Shown: positions 1 through 7,472 of the stretch, in pieces
Layout: the number at the start of each line of letters is the position of its first letter
Position numbering within the stretch: position 1 is the stretch's first letter
Origin: an uncultured virus (IMG/VR IMGVR_UViG_3300023110_000008)
Lineage: Duplodnaviria > Heunggongvirae > Uroviricota > Caudoviricetes
Strand: one strand, 5' to 3'
Virus record (IMG/VR): IMGVR_UViG_3300023110_000008
Length of the DNA: 20,000 nucleotides
Made by a program: the position numbers and the translations under genes
Notes under the pieces: model-generated
What the model saw: the letters and a program-made list of their open reading frames with translations, nothing else
Told to the model about the DNA's origin: nothing
The model's database searches: none

Positions 1-1173
1 TATGAATTTGAAGGTGTTGAAGAAGTACTTGGAACAAAACAAAGAGACAAGTGTAGTCAATCATGGTTGGCAGATTTAAACCTTCCCTTTGAACCTAGAG
101 AATATCAGATAGATGCATTCAATACTGCTATTCAATATGGCAGACAACTTCTACTCTCACCAACTGCAAGTGGTAAATCATTAATCATATATCTACTTGC
201 AAGATATTACAACAAAAAAACAATTGTCATTGTACCTACTACATCATTGGTAGAACAGATGGCAAAGGACTTCGAAGATTATGGATATGATAAAGACATT
301 TGTAAAATTTATAGTGGTCAACCTGTATTTTCTGCTGACATTACGATATCGACATGGCAGAGTTTTAGTAAAGCACCTAAAGAAATCTTGGAAGGATTTG
401 ACGTAGTAATAGGAGATGAAGCACATCTATTTAAAGCAACAACTTTAAAAGGCATTTTAGAGAAAATGAAGAAGACTGCTGTACGATTTGGTACAACAGG
501 TACGTTAGACGGTAGTGAAGTACACCGATTACAACTTGAGGGTCTTTTTGGGCCTGTAAAGAAAGTTATATCTTCTGCTCAGTTAATTGAAGAAGGCACA
601 ATTGCAAATATTAACATTGATTGTATTATACTTAAACATCAAAAGTGTCATAAAATGTCATACCAAGAAGAAATGGATTATCTAGTTTCTAATGAGAAAC
701 GTAATGCATTCATAACTAATTTAGTTGCCTCTCTCAAAGGCAATACCCTAGTGTTGTTCCAATACGTAGAAAAACACGGTGAAGTATTGTACCCAATGAT
801 TGAGAAGAGAGTGAACAGTTTACACTATGTCTATGGTGGTACAGACACCGAAGACCGAGAGAAAGTCAGAGAACTTGTTGAGCAATCTAATGACAGTGTC
901 ATACTAGCGTCATACGGAACTTTCTCTACAGGTGTCAATATTAAAAAGATTGATAATATTGTTTTTGCAAGTCCTTCTAAATCACGTATTCGTAATCTAC
1001 AGTCTATTGGTAGAGGTCTACGTAAGACAGAAGGCAAAGATGCTATGAGATTGTTCGATATTGCCGATGATCTCCAATGTGATAATTATACCCTTGAACA
1101 CCTGAAAGAAAGGATAAATATCTATAATGGAGAACAATTTCCATACGAAATCAAACAATTTGACTTAGACTAA
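1..1173 (+). CDS. uvsW: UvsW-like SF2 DNA helicase (5'-truncated; frame open from base 1)
   Basis: Q-motif PREYQ, Walker A SPTASGKS, DEAH box, TGT motif III, motif VI QSIGRGLR; T4-like context; no stop codon in frame between 1 and 67. Confidence 0.93.
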   Translation, partial: YEFEGVEEVLGTKQRDKCSQSWLADLNLPFEPREYQIDAFNTAIQYGRQLLLSPTASGKSLIIYLLARYYNKKTIVIVPTTSLVEQMAKDFEDYGYDKDICKIYSGQPVFSADITISTWQSFSKAPKEILEGFDVVIGDEAHLFKATTLKGILEKMKKTAVRFGTTGTLDGSEVHRLQLEGLFGPVKKVISSAQLIEEGTIANINIDCIILKHQKCHKMSYQEEMDYLVSNEKRNAFITNLVASLKGNTLVLFQYVEKHGEVLYPMIEKRVNSLHYVYGGTDTEDREKVRELVEQSNDSVILASYGTFSTGVNIKKIDNIVFASPSKSRIRNLQSIGRGLRKTEGKDAMRLFDIADDLQCDNYTLEHLKERINIYNGEQFPYEIKQFDLD

Positions 1174-1685
1174 TGGCATCACCAAAAGATTTATTACCAA
1201 CAAGATATGAAGTAATTAAACTTAAAACTGGCACTGAAGTTGTAGGTATGACCAGAGAAACCGACACATCTTTAGAAATCACATTGCCAATGATCTGCCA
1301 TTTGTCTATAATACCAGGCACACCAAAAACTCAGGCAACATTCTACCCATATGCGCCTTTGACCTCAGATGAAAAGATTACAATACCAAAAGATCATGTG
1401 GTGCATAGAAGTATTATGAATGATCAATTCATTCCATTTTATGATAGTGCTTCATCAAAATGGTTTAAGATGATTGAAGAGGGCAGTATACCTTTAGATG
1501 ATGGTAGACCGATACCAGTCAAAGGTAGTTTTATGAATAAACTCGATAGCAAGATTAGAAAAGCTATGGATGAACTCATTGAAAATGCAACTGACCTAGA
1601 ACTAGATGAGTTTGAAGAAGTAATGTCTGAGTACGATGATTTTGAATTCGCAGAAGTTCCAAAAGACCCTAAAAAAATTCACTAA
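1173..1685 (+). CDS. Hypothetical protein of the type commonly found between uvsW and gp55 in T4-like phages (possible Sm-like N-terminal domain)
   Basis: 170-aa ORF coupled to uvsW (TAATG overlap); N-terminal VIKLKTGTEVVG beta pattern; acidic C-terminus. Confidence 0.7.
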   Translation: MASPKDLLPTRYEVIKLKTGTEVVGMTRETDTSLEITLPMICHLSIIPGTPKTQATFYPYAPLTSDEKITIPKDHVVHRSIMNDQFIPFYDSASSKWFKMIEEGSIPLDDGRPIPVKGSFMNKLDSKIRKAMDELIENATDLELDEFEEVMSEYDDFEFAEVPKDPKKIH

Positions 1686-1711
1686 AACCTATTTGTTAGG
1701 TTCATTAACTT

Positions 1712-1719
1712 ACTAAATA
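1712..1719 (+). promoter_or_regulatory. Putative gp55 late promoter variant (ACTAAATA)
   Basis: Resembles T4 late consensus TATAAATA; intergenic, upstream of small-ORF cluster; same octamer recurs in intergenic positions near 14743 and 19436. Confidence 0.45.
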
Positions 1720-1778
1720 ATTGCGTTTATAACCAAGAATTATATTATATTATATAATTTACTTATTAATGGAGAATC

Positions 1779-1913
1779 ATGACTGAGCTAGTTAAAAAAT
1801 TAAAAGATGAAATTTCTGAGTTGGATGAATCTAACTTAGTAGATGCCTTAGAACTTATTGTTCTATGTTTTGTATTCATTTCATGCACAGTAGCGATTGC
1901 GCCAATAGTCTAA
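1779..1913 (+). CDS. Small membrane protein, 44 aa (MTELVKKLKDEISELDESNLVDALELIVLCFVFISCTVAIAPIV); below ORF-track cutoff
   Basis: GGAG SD at 1771-1774, ATG 1779, C-terminal hydrophobic segment, stop abuts SD of next gene. Confidence 0.7.
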   Translation: MTELVKKLKDEISELDESNLVDALELIVLCFVFISCTVAIAPIV

Positions 1914-1922
1914 GGAGAAAAC

Positions 1923-2174
1923 ATGAAAAAATTATTTGCTTTAACTACAATGCTCTTGATCACAAGTGAGGCTTTCGCCGATGATTGGAGAATGAGAAAA
2001 TTTGACCTAGATAGTAACGGTTTCGTTACTCAACAAGAATTGAGAGATTCAGGTTGTACGGTACGTGTTGGCCTATTTAAAGCTGCCGATAAAAACGGCG
2101 ATGGCGTATTATCGAAAAAAGAACTACGAAAAGCATCTGACTACATCATTCGTAGAAGATGTCCTAGGGCATAA
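1923..2174 (+). CDS. Secreted EF-hand (Ca2+-binding) protein
   Basis: SD AAGGAG; signal peptide MKKLFALTTMLLITSEAFA; two EF-hand loops DLDSNGFVTQQE and DKNGDGVLSKKE; two Cys. Confidence 0.8.
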   Translation: MKKLFALTTMLLITSEAFADDWRMRKFDLDSNGFVTQQELRDSGCTVRVGLFKAADKNGDGVLSKKELRKASDYIIRRRCPRA

Positions 2175-2335
2175 TGGAAGTTTTACTTATTTTATTCACA
2201 AGTATTGTAATAAGTGTTGCGTATTTGAAGCACGCTCCTATGAGCGAGATCGAATATATTTTATATCAACAAAACAGCAGTAATGCAAAACATAAAGATG
2301 AGATATCCGCAACAGTTACAACTACAACTAAATAA
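2174..2335 (+). CDS. Small protein with N-terminal hydrophobic helix, 53 aa (MEVLLILFTSIVISVAYLKHAPMSE...)
   Basis: TAATG overlap with the EF-hand gene; N-terminal TM-like stretch. Confidence 0.55.
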   Translation: MEVLLILFTSIVISVAYLKHAPMSEIEYILYQQNSSNAKHKDEISATVTTTTK

Positions 2336-2507
2336 AACTACAGACGCTACGCCTGAAGAGTTTGAGAAGTGGAGAGAAGAAGACTTCTTTTCAAAGGGTG
2401 ATTTCGATCCACTTCTTTTGTTTGTAGTAATACCAACAATCATTCAATTAAGTTGTGTCTTTGCAATGGGGGCAGTAATGATGTTGAGTGGCTACCTAAT
2501 AGGATAA
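2283..2507 (+). CDS. Small membrane protein (start may be 2298)
   Basis: Charged N-terminal half then long hydrophobic segment PLLLFVVIPTIIQLSCVFAMGAVMMLSGYLIG. Confidence 0.65.
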   Translation: MQNIKMRYPQQLQLQLNKTTDATPEEFEKWREEDFFSKGDFDPLLLFVVIPTIIQLSCVFAMGAVMMLSGYLIG

Positions 2508-2603
2508 GGCTTCTCAGCGAACATAATAATCATATCATATGATTTGAAATCCAAACACCCCCTTTTCCAAAAAAAATTAGATTTAATAAATACCTAAAAA
2601 CCC

Positions 2604-2633
2604 CTTACAGGATCAACGTTTTTAGTGTAATAT
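2604..2633 (+). promoter_or_regulatory. Putative sigma70-type promoter for gp55 (CTTACA-N18-TAATAT)
   Basis: Same 18-bp spacing and 6-nt gap to ATG (2640) as the TTGACAATG promoters; no SD before gp55. Confidence 0.45.
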
Positions 2634-2639
2634 CCCTTT

Positions 2640-3191
2640 ATGACTACGAAAAAACAAAATGAACACTATGTAAACAACAAAGAGTTCACAGCAGCTGTCG
2701 CCGAGTTTAATGAGTCAGTTAAACTTGCCGAGTCAAAGGGGAAAACACCTCCCCAAATGTCAAACTACATAGGCGAATGTATCTATAAGATCGCTACACG
2801 ACTATCTACTAGACCAAACTTCATCAACTATACTTATAGGGATGAAATGATTTGTGATGCAATTGAAAACTGCATACAATATATCAACAATTTCAACAGA
2901 GAAAAATCAGACAATGCCTTTGCCTACGTAACACAGATTTGTTACTATGCATTTTTAAGAAGAATACAAAAGGAGAAAAAACAAGTATTCGTAAAGCAAA
3001 AACTTATCAATGAAACAGGCTTAACAGAGGTAGGATTCGATACAATAGATGGAGTATATGACCCTAGTTTGTCAAATACAAACGTTGAGTGGATGCAAGA
3101 GAATATGAATCCAGTCGAGTACGAACCAAGAAAATCAAAAAGAACAAAGAAAGCAACAACGAAAAAAAACTTAGATAACTTTACTGAATGA
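2640..3191 (+). CDS. gp55: Late-transcription sigma factor gp55
   Basis: HYVNNKEF, RPNFINYTYRDEMICDAIENC, NAFAYVTQICYYAFLRRIQKEKKQ motifs; upstream of gp47/gp46. Confidence 0.95.
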   Translation: MTTKKQNEHYVNNKEFTAAVAEFNESVKLAESKGKTPPQMSNYIGECIYKIATRLSTRPNFINYTYRDEMICDAIENCIQYINNFNREKSDNAFAYVTQICYYAFLRRIQKEKKQVFVKQKLINETGLTEVGFDTIDGVYDPSLSNTNVEWMQENMNPVEYEPRKSKRTKKATTKKNLDNFTE

Positions 3192-4255
3192 AAATAGCTC
3201 TATTAAATGATACTCATGCAGGTGTCAGAGGTGACATGGTTGCAATGGCCGAATATCAAGGTCGTTTCTACAATGAAGTCTTCTTTCCATACCTAGCTGA
3301 ACATGACATCAAACACATCATTCATTTGGGTGATTACTTTGATAGACGTAAGTATGTAAACTTTGCAAGTCTTAAGGCAAATAGAGAACACTTTATTAAA
3401 CCTATGCTTGAACAAGGCATATCTATGGACCTTATTATAGGTAACCATGATGTCTATTATAAATCAACAAACGATGTGAATGCACCAGAGTTATTACTAT
3501 TTGGTGATGATTCAATCAATGTGATCACAGAACCTTCAGTAAAAGAATACGATGGTTTTAATATTGCACTTGTACCATGGATTAATAATGAAAACTATGC
3601 AGACTCAGTAGACTTTCTGTTATCAGCAAATGCTAGTGTTTGTATGGGTCACTTTGAAATCGAAGGTGCATTGATGATGCCTGGTGCCGTGTGTTCTCAC
3701 GGTTTAGATATCAGTTACTTAAAAAGATTCGATAAAGTTTACAGTGGCCACTTTCATAGTAAATCTGAAGTGAAGAACTGTAGATATCTAGGAAGTCAAA
3801 TGCAATTTACATGGTCAGATTATGGAGACCCAAAATATTTCCATATCTTTGATACAGAAACACAAGAGTTAACACCAGTTTTAAACCCTTTAACAATGTT
3901 TGAAAAGGTATTCTATGATGATGAAAAAGAAACCTTTGAGACCATTATGAATAAAGATTACGACAAGTACTCAAACAAATTTGTTAAGGTGGTCGTAGTC
4001 AACAAAGAAAATCCATATCTATTTGACAGTATGATAGATAAGTTACATGCAGTTAATCCTTTACACATGACTGTAGTAGATGACCATAAACACATGGACT
4101 TACTATCAGATGAAGAACTCGAAGGCGTGGAAGATACATTAACAATACTCAGTAAATATATTGACTCTCTGGAGATACAAGGTGACAAAACCCAATTGTC
4201 AGAAATGATAACTTCGTTGTATAATGAAGCATTGGATGAACACGCTTATCTATGA
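3188..4255 (+). CDS. gp47: Recombination endonuclease subunit gp47 (Mre11/SbcD-like)
   Basis: Metallophosphoesterase motifs DTH, GDYFD, GNHD, GHFH. Confidence 0.95.
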   Translation: MKIALLNDTHAGVRGDMVAMAEYQGRFYNEVFFPYLAEHDIKHIIHLGDYFDRRKYVNFASLKANREHFIKPMLEQGISMDLIIGNHDVYYKSTNDVNAPELLLFGDDSINVITEPSVKEYDGFNIALVPWINNENYADSVDFLLSANASVCMGHFEIEGALMMPGAVCSHGLDISYLKRFDKVYSGHFHSKSEVKNCRYLGSQMQFTWSDYGDPKYFHIFDTETQELTPVLNPLTMFEKVFYDDEKETFETIMNKDYDKYSNKFVKVVVVNKENPYLFDSMIDKLHAVNPLHMTVVDDHKHMDLLSDEELEGVEDTLTILSKYIDSLEIQGDKTQLSEMITSLYNEALDEHAYL

Positions 4256-5970
4256 TACATTTTAAAAAGATTAGATGGAAGAATCTACTTTCATCTGGTA
4301 ATAAGTTTACCACCATCGAATTAGATCGTTCACAAACAACACTAATTCTTGGTGAAAATGGTGCAGGTAAATCTACTTTACTTGATGCCCTTTGTTTTGG
4401 TTTATATGGTAAAGGTTTTAGAAACCTTAAGAAAGAACTATTAATCAATTCAATAAATGAAAAAGAACTCATTGTTGAGATCGAATTTTCTGTAGGTAAG
4501 AAAAACTACAAAGTAATTCGTGGTGCAAAACCAAATAAATTCGAACTCTATCTTAGTGATGTCCTGATCAACCAAGATGCAACAATGAGAGACTACCAAG
4601 ATCACTTAGAAAAGAACATACTCAAAATGAGTTATCGTTCCTTCACTCAAGTGGCAATTTTAGGTTCAGCTAACTTTACTCCATTCATGCAGCTAAGAGC
4701 TCGTGATAGACGTAAACTAGTTGAAGACCTATTAGATATTTCTATCTTCTCTACTATGAAAGACATACTAAGGAAGAAATTTGCAGATCATAGAATTGAA
4801 CTGAAAGACACTGAACATCAAGTCGAGATTATGGAAGAAAGAATTGCTGGCTTGACTGATCAGATGAATGCACTTCAACAAACACGTGATGAACAAATTG
4901 ATAAGTATGAAAAAACCGTGAAAGAAACTGAAACTAATATTCAATCTTTAATGGGGAAAATCAATGAAAAGACGGAAAATGTGGTGGAGAAAGAATCCGC
5001 CATCAAGAGTAAAGATTCTACAGAAAATAAACTTAAACAAGTTATTGATGTGGAGAAACAACTCGAAGCAGCTAGAAAGAAAGCACTTGCAGATATTGAA
5101 TTCTACGAAAACAATGACAACTGCCCAACCTGTAAACAAGGTTTAGATCATGAACACAAGAAGAAACACATTCAGGAAAAATCTGATAAAATCTCTGAGA
5201 TCAAGACGGCGATGTCTACTCTTGACGACCAACTTAAAGAACTCAATGACGAAGTTGATCGAATCACAGGAATACAATCAGAAATTACAGAAGTCCAAAG
5301 AGAAATAGGACTTCTACAGACCGAAGTGTTGTCTAATCAAAAGTACATACAGAAGATAACCTCTCAGATAGAAGAACTTAGAAATAGCATCCAGAGTGAC
5401 GGTGGTGTACAGGACAGACTAACCTCAAGTGAAGACGACCTAGATAAACTAGAGAGTAAAAAGAAATCTCTAACAGAAAAGAGTCATTACTATGAGATAG
5501 CAGCCTTACTCTTAAGAGACGAGGGTGTCAAACAAAAAATTATTAAACAATATGTTCCAGTGATGAACAAGTTAATCAACAAGTATCTATCATCATTGGA
5601 GTTTTATGTTGGGTTTGAACTTGATGAAGGTTTCGAAGAGACTATCAAGTCCAGATTTAGAGACGTTTTCAAATATGATAACTTCTCACAAGGTGAAAAG
5701 ATGAGAATTGACCTTGCGCTTCTCTTTACATGGAGAGCAGTTGCAAGAATGAAGAATTCGGTGAACACTAACCTATTAATATTAGATGAGGTTTTTGATT
5801 CTTCATTAGATGCTCAAGGTACCGATGACTTCTTAAGATTGTTAAATACTCTATCAGAGAAGACAAATGCTTTCATCATATCACACAAAGGCGACCAACT
5901 CTACGATAAGTTTGAAGAGGTCATTAGATTTGAGAAGTATAAGAACTTCTCAAGAATTTCAGTGCAATAA
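4252..5970 (+). CDS. gp46: Recombination ATPase subunit gp46 (Rad50/SbcC-like)
   Basis: Walker A GENGAGKS, long coiled coil with CPTC zinc hook, FSQGE signature, LILDEVFD Walker B. Confidence 0.95.
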   Translation: MIHFKKIRWKNLLSSGNKFTTIELDRSQTTLILGENGAGKSTLLDALCFGLYGKGFRNLKKELLINSINEKELIVEIEFSVGKKNYKVIRGAKPNKFELYLSDVLINQDATMRDYQDHLEKNILKMSYRSFTQVAILGSANFTPFMQLRARDRRKLVEDLLDISIFSTMKDILRKKFADHRIELKDTEHQVEIMEERIAGLTDQMNALQQTRDEQIDKYEKTVKETETNIQSLMGKINEKTENVVEKESAIKSKDSTENKLKQVIDVEKQLEAARKKALADIEFYENNDNCPTCKQGLDHEHKKKHIQEKSDKISEIKTAMSTLDDQLKELNDEVDRITGIQSEITEVQREIGLLQTEVLSNQKYIQKITSQIEELRNSIQSDGGVQDRLTSSEDDLDKLESKKKSLTEKSHYYEIAALLLRDEGVKQKIIKQYVPVMNKLINKYLSSLEFYVGFELDEGFEETIKSRFRDVFKYDNFSQGEKMRIDLALLFTWRAVARMKNSVNTNLLILDEVFDSSLDAQGTDDFLRLLNTLSEKTNAFIISHKGDQLYDKFEEVIRFEKYKNFSRISVQ

Positions 5971-5978
5971 ATAAAACT

Positions 5979-6623
5979 ATGTATGAACTTATAGAAGAAG
6001 CAAGTAAAGTACTCAGAACTCCACCACCCGAGTTTGACTTTGAGAACCCTAAGGAAGACCCTAAGGAAATCGAAAAGAATATGGCAGAGGCGATGGATAA
6101 ATTCGGTGGTATTGGCCTATCAGCAAATCAGGTTGGTCTACCATACAAAATGTTTGTTATGAAAACTGCTGATAAAGGTACAGTAGGTTTCTTTAACCCT
6201 AAGTTAACTAAAGCATCACAAGATACCGATCTTATGAAAGAGGGTTGTCTTTCTTTTCCAGACATCTATCTAATGATCAAAAGATCAAAGACAATAGAGT
6301 TTGAATACCAAGATAGTGATGGTGAAAAACATACGTTAGTGCTAGATGGTCTAGCAGCTCGATGTGTACAACACGAGATAGATCACTTAAATGGTGTAAT
6401 CTTCTTACAACGTGCCTCAAGATTAAAACTCGAAAGAGCATTGAAAGCACGACCAAAGGAAGAAAGAAAACGATTAGAATATGAAAAACGAATGGCAATC
6501 GCAAGATTCATCCAACAACAACAAGAACTCGCAGAGTCAGAGTCCGTTTCAACCTCAGATGATTCAACATCTGTTGACGAAGGAAGAAGCGAAGAATCTG
6601 ATACTATTTCACAAAGCGCATAG
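5979..6623 (+). CDS. def: Peptide deformylase
   Basis: Three PDF motifs GIGLSANQVG, EGCLS, QHEIDHLNG; preceded by late-promoter-like AATAAATA (5966-5973). Confidence 0.95.
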   Translation: MYELIEEASKVLRTPPPEFDFENPKEDPKEIEKNMAEAMDKFGGIGLSANQVGLPYKMFVMKTADKGTVGFFNPKLTKASQDTDLMKEGCLSFPDIYLMIKRSKTIEFEYQDSDGEKHTLVLDGLAARCVQHEIDHLNGVIFLQRASRLKLERALKARPKEERKRLEYEKRMAIARFIQQQQELAESESVSTSDDSTSVDEGRSEESDTISQSA

Positions 6624-7140
6624 AAACTTAGAGACTGTTGGAGACGGTTCTGATTACGTAGGTATCAGATTTCTACACATTAAAACTCAATGGGTCAGAG
6701 ACCTTATATTTCGTTGCATCTACGATTTAGTTGGAGAAATTAAACTTACTTCACGTCAAACTGTTTGGCCTGAAATGATATCTCTAAACGAATGGCCAAT
6801 CGGTGGTATACAAGACCCACACTTAGATACATATTCAAACCAAGAAACAAAAATAAAAAGAAAAGATACAATAGTACCTGCCAGAGAATGGACATGTATA
6901 CTATATTTGAACGATGACTTCAAAGGTGGTAGAACATACATTCCAGATGGTGAAACATTTGAACCAGAAGCAGGTACAGGACTATTGTTTCAAGGCATCT
7001 ACATTCCTCATGGTGTCTCAAAAGTGAGAAGAAACTCACGTCACACAATATCATTTTGGTTCTCTACAGATCCAGACAAACAAATGATACAACACCCTAT
7101 TCACAACTTAGACCTAGACGAAGACTCAGTACGCTTGTAA
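6559..7140 (+). CDS. 2OG-Fe(II) oxygenase (prolyl-hydroxylase-like); start 6559 preferred over 6481
   Basis: HLD (HxD), LYLNDDFKGG, HGV and downstream Arg (RHTISFW). Confidence 0.85.
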   Translation: MIQHLLTKEEAKNLILFHKAHRNLETVGDGSDYVGIRFLHIKTQWVRDLIFRCIYDLVGEIKLTSRQTVWPEMISLNEWPIGGIQDPHLDTYSNQETKIKRKDTIVPAREWTCILYLNDDFKGGRTYIPDGETFEPEAGTGLLFQGIYIPHGVSKVRRNSRHTISFWFSTDPDKQMIQHPIHNLDLDEDSVRL

Positions 7141-7143
7141 AGC

Positions 7144-7173
7144 TTGACAATGACCTCCATTTTTTGGTACCAT
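7144..7173 (+). promoter_or_regulatory. Phage early sigma70-type promoter TTGACA-N18-TACCAT (TGn extended -10)
   Basis: Perfect -35, intergenic, one of three TTGACAATG copies. Confidence 0.75.
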
Positions 7174-7201
7174 TACCATCAAATAAAAAAAGGAGTAAAT
7201 T

Positions 7202-7429
7202 ATGTCACATTTTTCAAACGATCTAATTGCTGATAAAGCAATTTCAGATGCAATCGATGTAGTCGATGCAATGTCAAATATCAAAGTAAAACAGGTTCTA
7301 CATCTAAATTTTGGTATCAATATACCAATGTGGAAGCTAGACTTAGATGAAGCAAGAGAGTTTCTAATCAATAGAATCTCTGAACAATTTTTTGAAGAAG
7401 CGATGGAAGCCCCTGGCCCAATGGGTTAG
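7202..7429 (+). CDS. Hypothetical acidic early protein, 75 aa
   Basis: SD AAGGAG, lies between two copies of the early promoter. Confidence 0.75.
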   Translation: MSHFSNDLIADKAISDAIDVVDAMSNIKVKQVLHLNFGINIPMWKLDLDEAREFLINRISEQFFEEAMEAPGPMG

Positions 7430-7436
7430 GAGACGC

Positions 7437-7466
7437 TTGACAATGACCACCAAAAAATTGTAGGAT
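7437..7466 (+). promoter_or_regulatory. Phage early sigma70-type promoter TTGACA-N18-TAGGAT
   Basis: Shares 14 bp GCTTGACAATGACC with the 7144 promoter; ATG 7473 lies 6 nt after the -10. Confidence 0.75.
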
Positions 7467-7472
7467 ATACAC

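Noticed and set aside
2065..2283. 72-aa + strand ORF
   Set aside because: TTG start overlapping the EF-hand gene by 110 nt; the coupled 2174-2335 ORF explains the region better
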